The position numbers and the translations under genes were made by a program. DNA of 59,206 nt from a virus. Lineage: Duplodnaviria; Caudoviricetes. Position 1 is the first letter of the stretch. Each line of letters opens with the position of its first letter. The stretch lies in the IMG/VR virus record IMGVR_UViG_3300020281_000024, positions 1-59,206 of that record, one strand, 5' to 3'. Under the pieces are notes generated by a model. It saw only the letters and a list, made by a program, of their open reading frames with translations. It was not told the origin of the DNA and did not search any database. Below, one piece after another: positions 56,483 to 59,206 of this stretch.

Positions 56483-57025
56483 ATGACCAAAAAATTAGAA
56501 GAATTACTTAATCTGCCTGAGTCACAAGAAATTGTGCAAGAAGAAAAAGCAAAAGCAGAAGCCGAAGACAAAAAGGCTGAGGACAAGCAACAATCATTAC
56601 AAGCACAAAAGAATACAATGCGTGATATAGCCGAGTTTGACAAGATAGCGGCGGCTCTTCCTAAGGTGGAAGGTCTGGGAGAAATGGGTGATTCCGAGCT
56701 CGATGACGTCGGCACACGGGCGATAAATGCCTATGAGGATCTCATGGACTTGGGCATGAACGTAGAAAGCAGATACTCAGCACGTATATTTGAGGTTGCA
56801 GGACAGATGCTAAAGACTACTCTTGACGCCAAAGTTGCTAAAATGGACAAGAAATTGAAGATGGTAGACCTACAATTGAAGAAGCAAAAGCAGGATTCCA
56901 AGGCTGGAGATGGTGATGCAAACGTGATTCCGGGCGAAGGATACGTGGTCACTGACCGTAACAGTTTGCTGGAAAAACTTAAAAAGTTGGATAAATATAA
57001 TAAAGATGACAAAAATGACAAGTAA
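56483..57025 (+). CDS. putative terminase small subunit (gp16-like)
   Basis: Helical protein with AYEDLMDLG...ARIFEVAGQMLK..LDAK and C-terminal VVTDRNSLL; lies shortly upstream of the large terminase. Confidence 0.55.
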   Translation: MTKKLEELLNLPESQEIVQEEKAKAEAEDKKAEDKQQSLQAQKNTMRDIAEFDKIAAALPKVEGLGEMGDSELDDVGTRAINAYEDLMDLGMNVESRYSARIFEVAGQMLKTTLDAKVAKMDKKLKMVDLQLKKQKQDSKAGDGDANVIPGEGYVVTDRNSLLEKLKKLDKYNKDDKNDK

Positions 57026-57599
57026 ATTACAACAGATATTAGCAGAAAGCAAAAGAACATACCCATTTAAAATTGGTATAGTTGGTGAGCCTAAAGATAT
57101 AGATGTAGGCGCACTAGAAAGCACACTTCAAAAATTTGTAGTTGAAAAAATGAGTACAGGTAAGAAAACTCCAATTACAAAAAGACCATTAGATTTTCCA
57201 CACATTGAGAATCAAAGTGTAACATATTTCGACGTAGAATTAACATACCCAACAACAAGTGCTGTACTACATAACTATCTAACAAAATCTTTAGGCATTG
57301 CTGAAGCACACATGGTAGTTAGAAATCCAAATGAACCAACAGAGCAGTATCAAGCAGAAAAAGATGATACTCCATATGAAGCAAAATTAAATTCACCATA
57401 CGAAGACAGCAAGGACGAACAGAAGTCAGCAGGACAAAGCAGAGTTATGGATTTATTAAAAGAATTAGAAAAAGAAAGAAAAGAAAGATCAGCACCAGAC
57501 GCCGCAGGTGATATTAAACCAGGCGGTAATGTACTTCCTAACGAAGGCGACAGCAAAAACAAAATGTCACCTATTTCAGGCAAGTCGAAAGGTAAATAA
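57006..57599 (+). CDS. hypothetical protein
   Basis: ILAESKRTY.FKIGIVG...TPI...PLDFP...YPTT; ATAAATA at 56991-56997. Confidence 0.6.
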   Translation: MTKMTSKLQQILAESKRTYPFKIGIVGEPKDIDVGALESTLQKFVVEKMSTGKKTPITKRPLDFPHIENQSVTYFDVELTYPTTSAVLHNYLTKSLGIAEAHMVVRNPNEPTEQYQAEKDDTPYEAKLNSPYEDSKDEQKSAGQSRVMDLLKELEKERKERSAPDAAGDIKPGGNVLPNEGDSKNKMSPISGKSKGK

Positions 57600-57603
57600 T
57601 AAT

Positions 57604-58044
57604 ATGGACATTAGAGATTTTTTAAAGAAAGTTGATAACATTCAAAACAAAGAGCAAATGAAAGCAGATGTGAAAAGAATTCACGTCAAAGAAGCCGCTC
57701 AGGTTATGTTGTATGGTGACACACCAGAAGAAATGAATGCTATCGCGGCAATTTTTAAGAATGCAGGTTTAACACCTCCGGCACCAATGCCTGAGCCTAA
57801 GCCAGCAGAAGAAGTTACTACACAAGAAGAAGTTCCAGGAAAAGCAAACACAACACCAAAACCTGAATACAAAGACACAGGTTATATGCAGAAAGATATT
57901 GCAGGTGGAATCAACAAGCCAAAAAAAATGTATAGAAAAGAATATCCAGGAGACAATCCTATGGCAGTTGAGACAGAAGACAAAACAAATTCTATCAAAG
58001 AAGAATTACAAAAAGCATACGAAGACTTCAAAAAAAAAGACTAG
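57604..58044 (+). CDS. hypothetical head-associated protein, short form
   Basis: Start at MDIRDFLKK, 5 nt after TAAATA 57593-57598; GGINKPK.MY.KEYPGDNPMAVE; ends ...FKKKD on an A9 run. Confidence 0.65.
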   Translation: MDIRDFLKKVDNIQNKEQMKADVKRIHVKEAAQVMLYGDTPEEMNAIAAIFKNAGLTPPAPMPEPKPAEEVTTQEEVPGKANTTPKPEYKDTGYMQKDIAGGINKPKKMYRKEYPGDNPMAVETEDKTNSIKEELQKAYEDFKKKD

Positions 58045-58208
58045 CGGAACGTCCACTCACTAAACCAGAAAAGCGTAAAGTCACACATTACAAAAAGAAA
58101 TTTGACAAGAAAAATGTCAAAAAAGACTTTATAAAACGTTATGGAAAAGAAAAAGGAACTGCGTATATGTACGCAACCATCAACAAGATGGCTAAAAAAC
58201 ACGCATAG
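58030..58208 (+). other. putative -1 frameshift extension of 57604-58044
   Basis: A9 at 58030-58038; the -1 frame stays open for 56 codons (RLAERPLTKPEKRK...DFIKRYGKEKG..YMYATINKMAKKHA) and has no start codon of its own. Confidence 0.6.
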
Positions 58209-58250
58209 TCAATTTAATTTCTACCACCCTTTTACAGCATAAGTACATAT

Positions 58251-59206
58251 ATGAGCAATAAAAGTTTAGATGGAGTATTAACCAAAAAAGCACACACAAG
58301 GGAAAAATTTTCGGAAGAACAAATACAAGACCTTGTGGAATGTTCCAATTCAAAAACTGGTTTCGAATATTTTGCTAAAAAGTTTTTCTACATACAACAC
58401 CCTGTAGAAGGCAAAATGCTATTCCAACCATTTGAATATCAAAAAAATTTACTTCACAGTTATCACGATCATAGATTCAATGTTAATATGTTACCAAGAC
58501 AAAGTGGTAAGACAACCACCGCGGCTTGTTATCTATTATGGTTTGCTATGTTCCATCCAGACCAAACAATTTTGATCGCGGCACACAAATACACAGGTGC
58601 ACAAGAAATTATGCAACGTATACGTTATGGATATGAACTTTGTCCTAATCATGTGAGAGCAGGTGTAATCAACTACAACAAAGGTTCAATGGAGTTTGAA
58701 AATGGTTCACGTATTGTTAGTGCAACCACAACAGGTAACACAGGTAGAGGTATGTCCATATCACTTCTTTACTGTGATGAGTTTGCGTTTGTCAATCCAG
58801 GTATTGCACAGGAGTTCTGGACTTCTATTTCACCAACACTTGCGACAGGTGGTCGTGCAATTATCACATCAACGCCCAACTCAGATGAAGATGTGTTTGC
58901 ACAAATTTGGAGAGAAAGTCAAAACAAATATGATGAACACGGTAACGAACAGGAAGTAGGACAAAATGGATTCCATGGTTTTACTGCCAGTTGGGACGAA
59001 CACCCTGACAGGGACGAACAATGGAAACAAGAAGAACTTGGTCGTATAGGTGAGGAAAGATTTAGAAGAGAGTATGGGTGCGAATTTTTAGTATTTGACG
59101 AGACATTAGTAAACAGTATTGTACTTTCCACATTAGAAGGTATACAGCCTATCGTTAACATGGGACAAACACGTTGGTACAAAAAAATGGATCCGCAAAA
59201 AACCTA
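58251..59206 (+). CDS. gp17: terminase large subunit, 5' part (runs off the window; not in the ORF track)
   Basis: Hand translation: MSNKSLDG...FQPFEYQ...LPRQSGKTT (Walker A)...FENGSRI...TGRGMSISLLYCDEFAF (Walker B)...ISPTLATGG..IITSTPN...FRREYGCEF. Confidence 0.95.
   Translation, partial: MSNKSLDGVLTKKAHTREKFSEEQIQDLVECSNSKTGFEYFAKKFFYIQHPVEGKMLFQPFEYQKNLLHSYHDHRFNVNMLPRQSGKTTTAACYLLWFAMFHPDQTILIAAHKYTGAQEIMQRIRYGYELCPNHVRAGVINYNKGSMEFENGSRIVSATTTGNTGRGMSISLLYCDEFAFVNPGIAQEFWTSISPTLATGGRAIITSTPNSDEDVFAQIWRESQNKYDEHGNEQEVGQNGFHGFTASWDEHPDRDEQWKQEELGRIGEERFRREYGCEFLVFDETLVNSIVLSTLEGIQPIVNMGQTRWYKKMDPQKT

Noticed and set aside
58042-58134. Stop-codon readthrough or TAG recoding after 58044
   Set aside because: The zero frame closes after about 30 unremarkable codons while the -1 frame gives the coherent peptide; TAG also serves as a normal stop elsewhere (8511, 11002).
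49191-58235. CCACC-TTTT motif upstream of late promoters (49193, 53237, 58224)
   Set aside because: Only three instances with inconsistent spacing to the promoter core; not enough to call an element.
1-59206. CRISPR array, tRNA or rRNA genes
   Set aside because: No regularly spaced direct repeats and no cloverleaf seen; intergenic spaces are almost all too short.

Overview
AT-rich, gene-dense segment of a large T4-like (contractile-tailed) dsDNA phage genome, probably marine; the host cannot be determined from the sequence. 1-40298 (+) is a long block of virion fibre and baseplate-appendage genes built from paralogous pairs and swappable domains. Inside it sits a module of three Cys-rich Gly-rich proteins, two assembly-chaperone-like paralogs and a GT9-like glycosyltransferase / NodU-type carbamoyltransferase / GT9-like trio. 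40299-46771 (-) is a tightly coupled operon that joins neck and tail-completion genes (gp14-, gp15-like) to a Nudix hydrolase and an ADP-heptose pathway (hldE, a 2OG-Fe(II) oxygenase, hldD, a cupin). 46828-59206 holds gp13, a second 2OG oxygenase, dNMP kinase, an HNH-like gene, tail sheath, tail tube, a tube-like baseplate protein, gp4, an FkbM methyltransferase, small membrane proteins, a putative small terminase and the 5' part of the large terminase. The best candidate for an undescribed system is a late-expressed, phage-encoded heptosylation/carbamoylation pathway that may decorate the virion fibres. Other notable signals: a likely -1 frameshift at an A9 run before the terminase, late promoters placed for leaderless mRNAs, a structured 5' leader, and apparent avoidance of GCWGC and AGCT. 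All product calls come from motif recognition by eye; no searches were run.
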